Shown: positions 11,341 through 24,155 of the stretch, piece after piece
Numbering within the stretch: position 1 is the first letter of the stretch
Layout: every line of letters starts with the position of its first letter
Assembly: GCF_036321535.1 (NCBI RefSeq)
Contig: NC_087437.1
Coordinates: 12,836,001-12,900,000, forward strand
DNA from: Camelus dromedarius
Taxonomy: Eukaryota
DNA: 64,000 nucleotides
Reading direction: 5' to 3'
The notes under the pieces: model-generated
What the model was told of the DNA's origin: nothing
What the model saw: only the letters and a program-made list of their open reading frames with translations
Database searches by the model: none
Program-made: the position numbers and the translations under genes

Positions 11341-12745
11341 AGTTTAGATGAGGTGATAATGTTGGTCCATTACAACTATTTACAAGTAAAAGGACAAAAC
11401 AAACAAGCAACGAAAACCTCCTTGATAGTTTCTAGACCTCATTCCTATCTTGGCCTATTGCATTTATCTTGGCTGTTTAATTCCATATATATGAAAATAT
11501 TTTCAATAGTAAAAGGGATAATGAATAATCAGTTGTTCAATTACAGAAAGAAAAGGAAAAATTTTAATTATTCAGAACAGGGAAAAATTGCCAAATTGGT
11601 GAATCAAATTTATTCTTAAAGTTGGATTAAAAGATTATTAATTTACTTATATTTTTATCAGTCTTATCAACACTTCCAAATGCTATGTGATTAGTTTCTG
11701 ACCACAGTGGGCATTTTTCTAAATAAATTTTGGAACATGACTGTGGCATTTTTCTAGCCCTGTGCCCACGGCCCCATGTTAGTGTTTATGCTGAACTCAT
11801 GGAAAGTTTTTTTGTCCTGTCTTACTTTAGACTTTGAAATGAGATAATCAGTTCCCGTAAGTTAAACAGGATTGAATTTCACTGCATATTCAGCCCAATT
11901 ATCCTTGTAATCTACTGATAATCCCCAAGCCCTATTGAGTGATTAGTGTCCATGGATTCCACACCAAGCCTTCCACCCAGAATTGTACTAAAGGTGTAAA
12001 ATGGACATTTTAAAGTTCCACCTCCTTGCTCTTTCTCAAACCCATCACTGTTTGACTGCTTGATTCAGACCGCCAGCCTTGCCTCTTGGCTGCTTTACCT
12101 TCCCTGTCCAGTCAGAGTCCCCTGGTCCATCCCTTCAACCACATTTCTCACATCAGCAGTTCCCTTATCTGTTTATCCCTCCATGCCAACCCAGCTCAGG
12201 GCAACCCAGCCCTCCACAGGTGGACCTCAGGGAGGGGCACATCTACCATCCCCTTGGGCCCTGGCTCCACTCCACCAGCCCAGAATTATTGGCAGACGAC
12301 CAGTGTGGAAGAGAAGATGGCCATCATCAGAGTGGATATTCCTCCACTTTCTTGGTTCTTAATCCAGACTCCAGACTTTCTTCTTCTCGGCTACCTTCTC
12401 TACTGTCATTAGTTATTCTTCTCACATGTGATCACATTGCTCCCCTGATTAAAGCATCCAGTGGATCTCTTCTGCCTGTAAATTTTGGGCATGGCATCCA
12501 AAGTCTTTCATAATCTGGTGGGCACCTATTTTCCAGGTTCATTTCTGCCTCTAGCTGTGGGGAACAGAGGAGGCAGGGAGGGATGGGAAGGTGACTGGGA
12601 ACTCGAAGGAGCTGAAGGGGCAGCCAGGGTAGAACTGGCTGTCCATCAAGGCCAGGGGAGCGTGACAGTTTGTGAGACTCCAGGAAGGCACCCTGTTCCA
12701 GGGGGCTCCACTCTGCAGGAATAAGATTTGAAGGTGGAGGAAGGT

Positions 12746-13310
12746 ATCTTAGGCTGGGTTTCTCCTAAAGCAGAACTTGAGATATAAGTTTGTGTGAAGT
12801 CAGTTTATTTGAAAATGTGATCCCAGGAAACGGGTACAGGATGGCGGAATGAAACAGGAAAGGAGGGAAGTCAACACAACGATGCATCGCTGAGCTGGAC
12901 CAGAGCTGGAGGCATCTTGTGTTGGATCCGGTGAGACTTCCTGAGGAGCCTTATGAAATGCATCTAACAACTGTTTTCTTGGGCACATGGTAGGGAATGC
13001 AAGAGGGGAGCATTTACTCATCGACATCTATTCCCCATGGTCAAGAGTGGTCTCACTGATGGTAACTTCCCTATACATCTGGATCAAGAATGCATGAATG
13101 CATGAATTCCAGGTGACTTGGAAGGCATCCTGGGTGAGCCTCAAAGGAATCCCTGGGCAGAAATCAAGACAGATACAGTGCAACTTAAGGCAAGGTAGAG
13201 CCCGGTCTCCCAGGGACAAAGGAGGTCAAAGCCTGCACAGAACTAGTAACTGCAGCATTGGATAAAGTAAGAGGCAGGGTTAAGAAGATTCTGAAATGTG
13301 CACTAGAAGC
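12746..13310 (-). mobile_element. ERVL LTR (LTR33-like)
   Basis: tcttaggctgggtttctcctaaagcagaacttgaga...agtttatttgaaaatgtgatcccaggaaac. Confidence 0.7.
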
Positions 13311-13439
13311 ATCTGATTCAGGAGATGATGTGCTGAGCCAAGAGTCATCGAGGGAGAACCACCTGAGAGACATGAGAAGTCAAGCCGGACACAGTCAATG
13401 CCTCTGCTCAGAACCTTGCCACGGCCCCCACTGTACCCA

Positions 13440-13960
13440 TTTGTAAGAACCAGACTCCTCACAATTGGCCACAAGGACCTGATGTGATCTGCCTCCCACT
13501 TTGCTTGTCTGGCCTCACTCCCATCTGTCACTCCTTTCCCACTGCACTGGTCTCCTCACTGAGGCTGCGACGTGCTCCTGCCCCAGGTCACCTGCCTGGG
13601 CTCTGCCGGAATCACTCATCGAGGATGAGTGTTAGATTCCTAGGGGCCTAACTCTTTCTTCCTTCACAGATTTGTTCATGCATCACTCTTCCAAAGAGGC
13701 TTAGCCTGATCACCTACTAGAAAGGCTCTCCTACTGCTCCTTACCGGTCCTTCTTCCCGTAGCATTTCATCACTTCTAACACACTCTAAACAATTTCCTT
13801 CCTTATTAAGTTTATCACTTTTTTTTCTGTCTTTGTCTACAGAAGGCAAGCTCCACAAGGGCTGGCATCTTTTACTGGTTTGTTGGTGACTGTATTCCAA
13901 GTACCTAAAACAGTGGCTGGCAAATGAGAAGTGCTCAAAAGATGTTGACATTTGGAATAA
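13440..13960 (+). mobile_element. L2 3' fragment
   Basis: cacaaggacctgatgtgatctgcc...agaaggcaagctccacaagggc...tgactgtattccaagtacctaaaacagtggctggca...tgctcaaaa. Confidence 0.75.
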
Positions 13961-14404
13961 GAAAATGAAACAGCAACACTATGCAGTGGGAACCCTGCAG
14001 TGAGCTCTGCCCTGAGGGAAGGGCTCACGTTCTCCCTTTTGTGCTTCCGTGGGCTCCAGTCAATAGGAACACCAGCTGCCAGCTCCTCCCTGGAGTCTGG
14101 ACAGCGATGGGCTAGAATTTTAACCATGACCTTCCTAATATCGAAATGCAAGTGGAGCAGTGGTAAAAAACCAAGCAATTTGTTGTCCTAACAGATTGAC
14201 CAATGACATACCACAGCTGAGAGGCTTTGAAAAAAAGGCAAAAATCTGTCCCAGGAAGGAAAACAATTGTAATTGTGATGTATTTGCTCATGATACAGTT
14301 GTATGGTGCTTTAAATTCCTGAGTATCATGCCTGCATTGTAACAATCATTTGCAGTGGGAAGAGATTAAGATCCCCACCTTAGGAAGAAATGTTTATAGA
14401 TATA

Positions 14405-14950
14405 TTTTTACTTTTTAAAAAAATGCTTAAGTAAAATTCACATAATAGAAACTTCACCATTTAAAGTGTACAATTCAGTGGCATTGAGTATATTCACAAA
14501 TGTTGTACCATGGCCTTTATCTAGTTCCAAAGCATTTTCATCATCCTTAAGGAAACCCTTTACTCATTACCCGGTCAATCTCCATTACCCGCTCCCCACA
14601 GTCCCTAGCAACCACTAATTCGCGTTCCATCTGTCTGGATTTACTTATTCTCGGTGTTTCATGTAAATGGGGTCACACCCTATGAGAACTGCTGTGCCGG
14701 CTTCTTTTCACACAGCACGACTTTTTCCAGGTTCATTAGGTTGTAGCGTGGATTAGCATTTCACTCCTAGTAGTGGCTGAATACTGTTCCATTGGATAGT
14801 ATACCACCTTTTGTTTATCCATTCATTATTTGATGGACTTTTGGCTTGTTTCTACCTTTTGGATTTTGTGAATAGTGCTGTATGAACATTTGTATACAAG
14901 TTTCCGTTTGGACAATTGGTTTCAATTCTTTGGGGTCTATATCTAAGAGT
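14405..14950 (-). mobile_element. Old L1 (L1MB-like) 3' end
   Basis: caccatttaaagtgtacaattcagtggca...gcaaccactaat...ttgtttatccattcattatttgatggac...aatagtgctgtatgaacatt. Confidence 0.8.
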
Positions 14951-15169
14951 GAAGTGTACATTTATTTTTATCCACTTTATTCTAAGTTTACTTCCCGTAA
15001 GACACAAACTTTTTCTGAGGTGGCATTAGATATATTAGCTAAATTGGATGTTAGACCACATTAAGAAAAGTAGATTCATGTTACGAGAAAGCAAAATATA
15101 CATAAAACGCAAGTTCCACACAATGGCTACAATTAGATTGAGAATTTGACTCCTAGGTACCTGGCAGGT

Positions 15170-15935
15170 GTCAAGACTTTTCTAAGTAAGAAATGAAACC
15201 GAGAAGTAAAACATTTACAGAAGCCATGCAACTTAAAAGATGGGTTTGACTACACAGAAATGAAGAACTTCTGTGTAATAAAAGGGAAACAAAGTTAAAA
15301 GATTACTAGGAAATTGGAGGGAACTATTTGCAATATCAGTAACAAAAGGTCAATATCTATAATATGTAAATAGTACTGACAAATCATTAAAAAAAATAAT
15401 ATATTAGGCATTTTGCAAAAATAAAGATTTGGGGTGGGGAGAAGAGTCCAGCAAATTGAAAACAAAATTTAAAAGACAGGTATTGATGGGAATATGGAGA
15501 AAAGATAAAACAGTGTTAGTTGGAGAGTATATTGGTGACCCTTTCTTGCAGGGCAAGCTGATAGCATGGTACTGGCAACAGATACGTAGACTGATAGAGA
15601 TCAATGACACAGATAAAGGAGCTCAGAAATAAACCCTCGGATCTTTGACAAAGGAGCAAAGGCAATTCAATAGAAAAAGGATACTCTTTTCAACAAACGG
15701 TACTGGAACAACTGGAAGTCCAGATGCAAAAAAAAAAAAAAAAAAAAAAGAACCTAGACCCAGATCTTATACCTTTCACAAAAATTAACACGTTATAGTG
15801 AAACTTCAAAACACTTGAAATATAAAGGAGAGCTTAAAGGATAAAAAACAAATTACTTACAAAAGAAAGAAAATCAGAATGATATCAGACTTTTCATCAG
15901 CAATGCTTGATACATAAAACCAATGTGCAGTATAT
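15170..15935 (+). mobile_element. Old L1M fragments (ORF2 and ORF1 remnants)
   Basis: tttgacaaaggagcaaaggcaattcaatag...cttttcaacaaacggtactggaacaactgg; aaatcagaatgatatcagacttttcatcagcaa. Confidence 0.65.
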
Positions 15936-17679
15936 CCAGAATCAGTGGGACAGCTCTGCAGACAGAAAGAGATGGACACCAATAGAAGTCATGTATGCAT
16001 CATTTGGCTACTAGAAGAGACATGCATTGCACCCTTCAGCTTGCAAGTCTTGACTTTAACTGAGACAGAAAACTAAATATTCAACCGAAGCCTGGAGATG
16101 GGATTACAATAAGCTTTTACGAAAGAGAATTGGAAATAGTGTATCCAGTTTTGGCTAAGCTACTTAAATAGTGTGAATCTGGACACTTAGGATTTTCCTC
16201 AACTGTGTATATGTTCTTTTTACATCACCTGTGGCAGAGCTATTCATTTAATCCCTGTGCTACACTGTACTTAAGAGAGAGCCTCTGGCAGCCGACAGGG
16301 TTTACTTTAGAGAAAGCCTGCTGGTCAGTGGGATTGCTCAGCTCTAGATAGCTCCTTCTGCCCCAAGACATGATTTCAGTGGAAAGGCTTTAGCTCAAAA
16401 ACAACGTAGTTTAGCCGAGTCAGTTAATCAAAAAGTAAATTGCCAGGAGATGCAATTTCATCATGTGGAAAACTTTTGATGCTTTATCTCATCTACTCGC
16501 CAAATTCACTCTTGTAATTAAAATCACCCGTAGAGCACCAGATGGGGATTTTATGTAAGCACACAGAGAGGCGTGCCAGGACAGTAAAAGGAGCTTCCAG
16601 GTACAGCTGCCAGCTCTTCTGAGCGCGGCACTGGAAGAACCAAATGCCCAAGTGGGTGATTGTGGGTGCCTGCTGGACAGCAGACCCCTCTCGGTTTTTC
16701 CAGTCTTGCAAATGGAACGGGAGGATGATTTGTACCAGGCATAGGAGAGCCCGGCTATTTAAAGCCCCATCCTGGGTCTAGAATGTTTTAAAAGTTCTTT
16801 GCCTCCTTTCCAGTTTTGTTTTGATCTGATTTTCCTGATGTGTGGAGAGGTTCTCTCTCCTCAAGCAGTTGTGGATATGCAGAGTCAGACCTTGGTTAAA
16901 TGGATAACCTTCATAAAGACATAAAATCAGCAGAAACAATGGAATTTTAATCGCTCACTTGGCACGTTTTTAAGGTCAGCAGGCAGGCATTCTAGAGAAT
17001 TGGTTAAATACATTTTAAAGCAAAAAGTCATCATGCAGTTTTTTGTTTTCTGGTTCCTTGAAGTTGAGTCAAATCTCAGAATACAATGATCTTGGATCAT
17101 TGGGACTGTGAACAAATGCCCTATTTTTGTGTCCAAAAGTTATCTTGGGGCCCCATGCATTGAAAAAGAGTGATTTTTTGGCAGAAGGGGAATATAAATT
17201 TGAGAGAATAGTAGGGGACTAGGAAAGATGATAATTTTGAGTGCAATCCTCAGGTATGAAAAGGCAGGGAGGCTGGAGGGGCCTTCAGGCTGCACTCAGT
17301 GCATTATTCTGGGGGAGTCTCTCACTTAAAGGAGGTTTCTTCTTCTACCCAGGATGCTGCAGCCCCTCCCCAGCCTCCCAGTGTCAATCAGACAAGCGCA
17401 GTTTTAGATACTGTGATCTTGCTTAAGGTTTCATTCAGAGAAAGAGCTGTTTGCCTGAAGAGTGTGACCACCATCACCTCGCCTGAGAATAACTTCAGGA
17501 ACCTTAGTTCAGGAATCACAGACTGACTTACTTGATTTTGCAAAACTGTTTTCTTTTTAAATATGTTTAATTTTACCATTCCCCCCTCTCTTCTCCCAGA
17601 TGTTTAGCAGTGAAATTCCCCTGACTTACAGTCCAATTTAACAACTCCTTTTGGAGAAGGAAACATAAGAAATAGAATA

Positions 17680-17947
17680 TATAGGTACAGTTATTAAATT
17701 ACTAGAAACAATAAGATAATTCATCAAGGAGTCCAATTATAAATTAATATGCCAAACCCAGCAGATTTCTTATATAAAAATATGAACAAGTTTTATATAG
17801 GCTGTACAGGAATTTATATAGGAAATATAATGGAAGAATATATTCTATTCTTATTGGCATCACAGAACATAAAATACCCAGAAATAAACCTAACAAAATG
17901 GGTAAAGGACCTTTTGGGAGAAAACTGTAGAACTCCATTGTGAAGCC
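17680..17947 (+). mobile_element. Old L1M ORF2 fragment (host of the next L1)
   Basis: actagaaacaataagataattcatcaagg...aaaatacccagaaataaacctaacaaaatgggtaaaggacc. Confidence 0.65.
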
Positions 17948-17961
17948 ATAAAAGAAGTCTT

Positions 17962-18566
17962 TTTGGTTGTAGTTGTTGAAATATACTTGGTTTGCAATGT
18001 TGTGTTAGTTTCTGGTGTACAGCAAATCGATTCAGTTATATGTAACCATAGATATTCTTTTTTTCATATTCTTTTCCATTACAGGTTATTACATGATATT
18101 GAGTATAGTTCCTTGTGCTAAACAGTAGGACCTTTTTAATCCATTTTATATATAGTATATATTGAAGGTTGTATCTGCTAATCCCAAACTGCCAATTTAT
18201 CCCTTCCCCATCCTTTTTCCCCTTTGGCTACCATGGGTTTGTTTTCTACATCTGTGAGTCTGTTTCTATTTTGTAAATAATTTCATTTGTGTCATTTTTT
18301 TTTAGATTCCACATAGAAGCGATGTCATATGATATTTATCTTTCTTTGTCTGACTTTCTTCACTTAGTATGATCATCTCTAGGTCCATCCATGTTGCTAC
18401 AAATGGCATTATTTCATTCTTTTTTTTTATGGCTGAGTAGTATTCCATTGTATAAATATATACCACCTCTTCTTTATCCAGTCATCTGTTGATGGACATT
18501 TAGGCCATTTCCATGTCTTGGCTGTTGTAAATAGTGCTGCTATGAACATCGGGGTACATGTGTTTT
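17962..18566 (-). mobile_element. 5'-truncated LINE-1 with 14-bp TSD
   Basis: Antisense L1 3' end; TSD ataaaagaagtctt at 17948-17961 and 18567-18580. Confidence 0.92.
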
Positions 18567-19574
18567 ATAAAAGAAGTCTTGAATACACAAGTTAAATACT
18601 ACTTTGTTTTGAGATAAGACTGTCACTGTTTATCATGTTTTTGTCATTTAAATACAAATCATGGAGATTTTTCTAAGATAGAAGATGAGTTACCGAAGTC
18701 CTTTTATCAGTTGCATAGAACTTTCCCAGATGGCTATACCCTGCCTGTGGTGAATATATTCCAGGTTTTCTGAATTGGAAACGTTTCAAGAACTTGCTCA
18801 TACTTAAAAAATGATTTGTCGATGCTGTTCATATGTCATGGTAACATATCTTTTGTTACCTATGCTGCAAATAGCTTCCTCCAGTTTCCTAGTCATTTAA
18901 AAAAATGTCTCCCATTTTGTTGTACAGAACTTCTTCATTTTTATGTACATAATCAAAACCCTGTCTTTTAGGTTTCATGGCTTGTGTAAACATTTTACTT
19001 TGGGTTTTCATTTCTTGCTTGGAAAGCCATTGGCACCTGGCAGGTGCCTAGGAGTCAAATTCTCCATCTAATCATAGCCAGTGTGTGGAAACTGCGGTTT
19101 ACAACTTCAGGGGCCCCTGCCTGCAGTCAGCTGGCTTTGGCTGTGACCCTCTGGGTGCACCTGTCTCCAGATTTCAGAGTGCTAGTTGCCTCCCTTCCTC
19201 TGTTCTCAGACAGCTCCAAGAAAAATCACTGACTTTCAGTTTGTTCAGCTGTTGCTTTTTGCAGGAAGAGAGTGATGGCTTTTAATCTTATATATTGGGG
19301 CTGACATGAGAACACGTTTACTGTAAATTACTTTTATTTAAGTGCTAAGTAAATTTGTGTAAATGTAATTTAGTAAGAGAAGGAATCCTGGGTGAGGAGC
19401 AGCTCTTGGGGGTGGCATATCAGAAATTCAGTCATTTTAAAAATACCTTCCCTTCCTTAGTAGTTATAAAATTAACATTGTATAAAAGATTTTAGTGGAA
19501 ATTTACAAAGAATAAAGATAAAGTTCTCAACAATCTTACTAACCAGAGATGACCTATTTGGACTAACTCATTTC

Positions 19575-19700
19575 CATCTCTCTCTTCCCACCCTTCTCTT
19601 CCTCCTCCTCCTCCTCTCTTCTCCTTCACTCTTCTTTCTCCTTCTTTTCCCTCGTCTTCTACCCCTCTTTCTTTTTATTTACTTATTTATTTTTCATTTT
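19575..19700 (+). repeat. CT-rich low-complexity tract
   Basis: ctctcttcccacccttctcttcctcctcctcctcctctctt... Confidence 0.8.
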
Positions 19701-19787
19701 AACAGTACCTTTATTTCTACATTATTTTATTGTCTTCAAACTACTTTCATATACATTATCTAATTTGGTATTTCCTTCACTCAAAAT

Positions 19788-19853
19788 TTATTTTTTTTTA
19801 AACGGAAGTATAGTTGATTTACAATGTTGTGTTAGTTTCTGACATACAGCAGA
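19788..19853 (-). mobile_element. LINE-1 extreme 3' tip
   Basis: T-run followed by gaagtatagttgatttacaatgttgtgttagtttctgacatacagca. Confidence 0.75.
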
Positions 19854-20435
19854 GATAGGAATCAGTCATGTTCAAAAGGGCTTTTAGACAAAGGTATGGA
19901 GTGGTTGGCTGTATGGGTTTGAGTTAGGGAAAGAGCTGAGGCTGGAAACTAAAAATTTCTCAGCCAGCAGACCTGTGTTATTTAAGGTCTCTGGTGAGCT
20001 CCTCTCTTCCTCAGCTGAAGTCCTCACTACATCCTGTAAGAGTCTCAATGATCCGCCTCGTTATCTCCCTGACTTCCACTTCCCCCTTCTGTCCTTGTTC
20101 AGTGAGCTTAAGCCACACGCCCTTTGCTCCTTGTTAAGTAAAGCAAGGGCTGCTCCTGCCTGACTGGCTTCACCCTTACGTCTCTGCCTCCAGTGATTTT
20201 CCTGAGTGTCTCTTCTCACTTTCTCCAGGACTCAAAAATCACTACTCAATGGCACCTTGCCTAAAATTGCTTACCTAAAATCCAGCCACCTGTGTGGGCA
20301 CCTTGTACCTCCCTTCTCCTCAGCATGAGTCACTATCTTACATGTTCTATCTGACAGACTCTAATTTCCATCTCCCGTTTCTCTCTTCGGACTGTAAACG
20401 CCATAGGGAAAGGAATTTTTCCTATTTGTTCTAGG

Positions 20436-20914
20436 TACACATTATAAAAGTAATAAGAAACAGGTGATTGCAGATATTAACTACTATATATAAACTAGAT
20501 AAACAAGGTCCTACTGTATAGCACAGGGAACTGTATTCGGTACCTTGTAATAGTCTATAATGAAAAAGAATATGCAAAGGAATATATATATATATGTATA
20601 ATTTATATATGTATAAATGAATCCTGATGCTGTACACCAGAAATTAACAGATTGTGAATTGACTATACGTCAATAAAAAAAGAAACAGGTGAAAATAAGT
20701 TTAATAATATACTATATTTAGCCCATTATATCCGAAGTATTATCATTTCACTATAAAATTATTAATGAGATAGTTGACATTGTTTTTTATGTTTTAAGTC
20801 TTCAAAGTCTGGGGTGTGTTCTACACTCACAGAATATTTAGTTTGCACAAGCCACATTTCCAGTGCACAGTAACCACAGGTGGCTGGAGGTCCCCCCCGT
20901 ACTGGGCAGTGCTG
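20436..20914. mobile_element. MER33/MER3-type hAT-Charlie element interrupted by L1
   Basis: cacattataaaagtaataagaaacaggtgaaa...tttaataatatactatatttagccca...agccacatttccagtgcacagtaaccacaggtggctgg...ctgggcagtgctg. Confidence 0.8.
20468..20679 (+). mobile_element. LINE-1 3' end with 13-bp TSD
   Basis: ctactgtatagcacagggaact...gctgtacaccagaaattaac...caataaaaaa; TSD aagaaacaggtga at 20455-20467 and 20680-20692. Confidence 0.92.
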
Positions 20915-21041
20915 TGTGTCCTGCAGGCTAAGTTAAAATTGGGACATTTTTCTTGGGAGAAGTGGGACGTTATTGAAGGGTTTTAGGTAGTGTTTAGGAG
21001 TGACATGGTCAGCTTTGCTTTAGCACAAGTCACAGTGGCAG

Positions 21042-21685
21042 TGTTGCTGGTGACTAGGTTCGTGTCCCGTTGCAGAAAGAATTCAGAGACGAGACACAGA
21101 GATTAAGAAAGTAAAGTGAGGATTTATTAAGGGATGGAGGGACACTCTCACGGGGAGAGCGGGCAGGCTCAGGTGAGCAGCTGCCCTGAGTTTCTTTGAT
21201 AAGTTGTTTACACAGAGTGTGAAAATGAATGGGCAGAATATTCACTGGGGAGGGAAGGGTTTGGAGTCCTAGTCCCTGATTTTCATACCAGCTTCCACTT
21301 TCCTAAGGGAGGAGGGATTTTTGTCCTTGTGTAGTCTGGATCGGAAGTGTCATGGTGTCGGCGCATGATGGGTACTTCTGATCTGCAAGGCTAGTTTTAT
21401 TGAAATTTGGACATAATAAGCAAAAGGTTACCTTTGGACACTGGAGAGTCCTGCCTTTTCCCACCTTTCTTTGTTGGCTTCCAGGGCACTTGTCACCCCC
21501 AAATGTGTGGCCGTTTATCAGGCCAAAGATTCCTGCTTTTCTTTGTCTGCCCAGGGACCCCTGTTGTTTACATGGTGTAGGGTTTCCCACATTTGGCCCC
21601 GTGCCCCTCCTTTTTGGCCAGTTCCTGCCGTTTGGCCTGTGCCCCTCTTTCTCTGCTCGTATTTAGCTATCTGCCTGCTCTAACA
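21042..21685 (-). mobile_element. Full-length ERV1 solo LTR (5' end resembles MER50-type), inserted into an L2 remnant
   Basis: TG...CA termini, perfect 4-bp TSD GCAG (21038-21041, 21686-21689), minus-strand AATAAA near 21123-21128. Confidence 0.92.
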
Positions 21686-22839
21686 GCAGCAGAGTGGAGA
21701 ACCAGGGGAGGGACTGGAGAGAGCACGAAGGGGAATTGCTTGAGGAGCCTGGGAGACAGATCAACTGAGAGACAGACGGAAGTGCCTGGACCAGGGTGTT
21801 GGCAGCAGGGAAAGACTGAAGACAGAAGATTCAGGGGACATTCAGCCAGTAAATTCCACAAGGCTTGACAACAGTTCGATGCAAAATAGACAAGATAACT
21901 TTATAAGTCAGATAATAATTTAATTATAATAATCTTTTATTCCCTACCAGACAGAAAACAGGTTTGACTGAAACACTGTTTTGAAGAGTTTCTTCTTTAT
22001 TTCCAGAGGTCGGTTATGCTTGGCATGGGGTCGTGAGAATATACTGGTTAGGACAGAACTTCAGGTTTTAATGGGTAAATCAAACGGCCACATGATGGTG
22101 CCAAAACCTTGGTAGTCAATATGGCTTTTCAGACCAGCTTGCAAATCCCTTCTACAGAAATGTTGCCACCTTGGCTTAATTATTTTATTTTAAAAAACAA
22201 ACAAATTCATTGAGCATAAATAAAATTTTTTTGTATTTTTCAAAACAGCATTTTCTTTCTAATCATGTTCTTAAATTAATAGGTAGACCTGACTTAGTTC
22301 TTGTTATTTTATTCTTGTAAAATTGGAGTTTTCTAACCCAGACTAGTACATTCTCAGAGTTGTGCAGAACAGGGATGAAAGTCTATATTTTTTAATTTAA
22401 GAATGCTGGCCTCATTTATTAGAGAATGCAGAAATTTGTCCATAATACTTTAGAAGGCATACTAAGCTTCAATAAAAGATATTTGTGACGCTCATGAACC
22501 CAGTTAGCTCCGGACAGCATTTGAAATGGTTAGTTAGAGGACATTCTGTATCCTGTGTATAGGAGACTCTAAATTAATATTTGCTGACATGGTGACAGCA
22601 AATATGAATTAATGAAAACCGGAACCACCTGTTGGCCAGAGTCTGTCACTTTTTCCAAATTAAGTAGCCAGTTTTTATCGAATGAAAAATCATGGAGTAT
22701 AGAGACTTGGAAATGTTAGAGATGTAATTTTTAGCACACCTTGGAGACCCAAGAAGGGGGTCATTTATTCCCTGAACAAACATTCTCTGAGAGTTTACTA
22801 TCAGGGCTATAATTTTAGGGTTGGCAAGTGACCCTTAAT

Positions 22840-23455
22840 GCCATTACATAACCACCTTCTAGAAGTGTAAATGCCACCAAGAGCCATAGGCACAAGAATT
22901 ACCAGGCATAAGCTCTCAAGTGCTAACAAGATCTAGAATCGCAAACTCCACCAAGACCCCAGAGGCCTTCTCCAAGTTCTGGTTCCACAAAGTGCCAGAA
23001 AACACCAAAACCTAGAATTGTATGTGCCTTTAAAGTGTTATGGACTGCCATGAAGTGTCAAGACACTGCTAGTGTCACCGACATCTAGAAGTGCAAGTTC
23101 TACCAGTTTCTAGACCAGAAGTCAGCAAACTGTGGCCTGCAGGCCTACTGTGTGCTCTAGTAAATGAAGTTTTATTGGACCATATGACACCTACTCATGG
23201 ACACACCGTCTATGACTGCTTTTGTGCAATAAAAGCAGAATTGACTAGTTACACCAATGACCTTTTGTCTATGAAGCCTAAAAATCTTTACCATCTGACT
23301 GCTTAAGGAAAATGTTTGCTGACATTTGCTCTAGACCCCCAGTTGCTCCCAGTCTATAATCACAAGTGTCATTAATTCCTAGAATCAGATTTGCCTCAAA
23401 TATTTTAAATCAAAGTTGCTACCAAGTCCAACCAACATTGAGAAGTGCAACTGGG
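22840..23455. repeat. Highly decayed ~25-bp minisatellite (approximate consensus AAGTGCCACCAAGNTCTAGAATNGC)
   Basis: Units start at about 22869, 22894, 22918, 22943, 23070, 23095, 23364, 23389 and 23413, with 24-25 bp steps inside each run. Confidence 0.6.
23116..23328. mobile_element. MER58A (hAT-Charlie)
   Basis: Terminal inverted repeats cagaagtcagcaaac / gtttgctgacatttg; 8-bp TSD ttctagac (23108-23115) / ctctagac (23329-23336). Confidence 0.88.
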
Positions 23456-24155
23456 TCAATGAGTAAACTTACAGAAAACATCTGAGAGGAGTGATTGAGC
23501 ACTGGCAAAAGTTGCCAAGAGGGTTTCTAGACTCCATCTTTGCCTTTTGTATGGAATATTAAATAGACAAAAATGATAGGTTTTATCAAAATTCTCATGT
23601 TGTTATTGACTATAATTTTTGACCTTTCTTAGGGACATAATTTTTGTAAAAGAAGAAATAAAGAGGAGAGGAGGAAGTAATAAATTTTTTATATGTGAAC
23701 TCTTCTTGGATATTAATTCTCAGTTTCAGGAGTACTGATTTCATTAACCTTGGGAAAATCAGAGTGTAGGTAAAGGATTATGAATATAAATGAACTCAGA
23801 GTTAGAACTTGTCGACATCTACTTTAAAGAGCAATCTAAATCTGTCAGATGGGAAGGGGCTGTTGTGGCAGGTTTGGTGACTAGGCTGATGTGAGGGTTT
23901 GAAGGCACAAATATTATGTCATCTAACACTCATGTGTTACTTGTTTAATTTAAAAGCTAAAAAGGAAAAAATGGTCACCTCTGGATTTGTGGAGCAGGTT
24001 AGAGATGGACCAACAGCGTACTCAGATCTGGGGTGAACAGATTAGTTGATATCTGAGACTTAGAAGTCCATCTGCAGAGGAAATGCCCCTGGGAGTGAAC
24101 ACAAAATCAAAACTATTTCTGTATTCAGAATCTCAGGAGATCCTTGGGTGTCATC

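Noticed and set aside
12060..12724. Cluster of overlapping plus-strand ORFs
   Set aside because: No recognisable protein, open in several frames because of C-rich composition, and partly overlapping L2-like sequence.
7857..21685. Inversion between the two oppositely oriented LTRs of the same family
   Set aside because: The 21042 copy keeps a matched GCAG TSD on both sides, so it has not exchanged flanks.
22840..23455. CRISPR-like array or repetitive coding exon
   Set aside because: Mammalian context; the units are contiguous and degenerate with no unique spacers, the 24-25 bp period does not keep a frame, and there is no long ORF.
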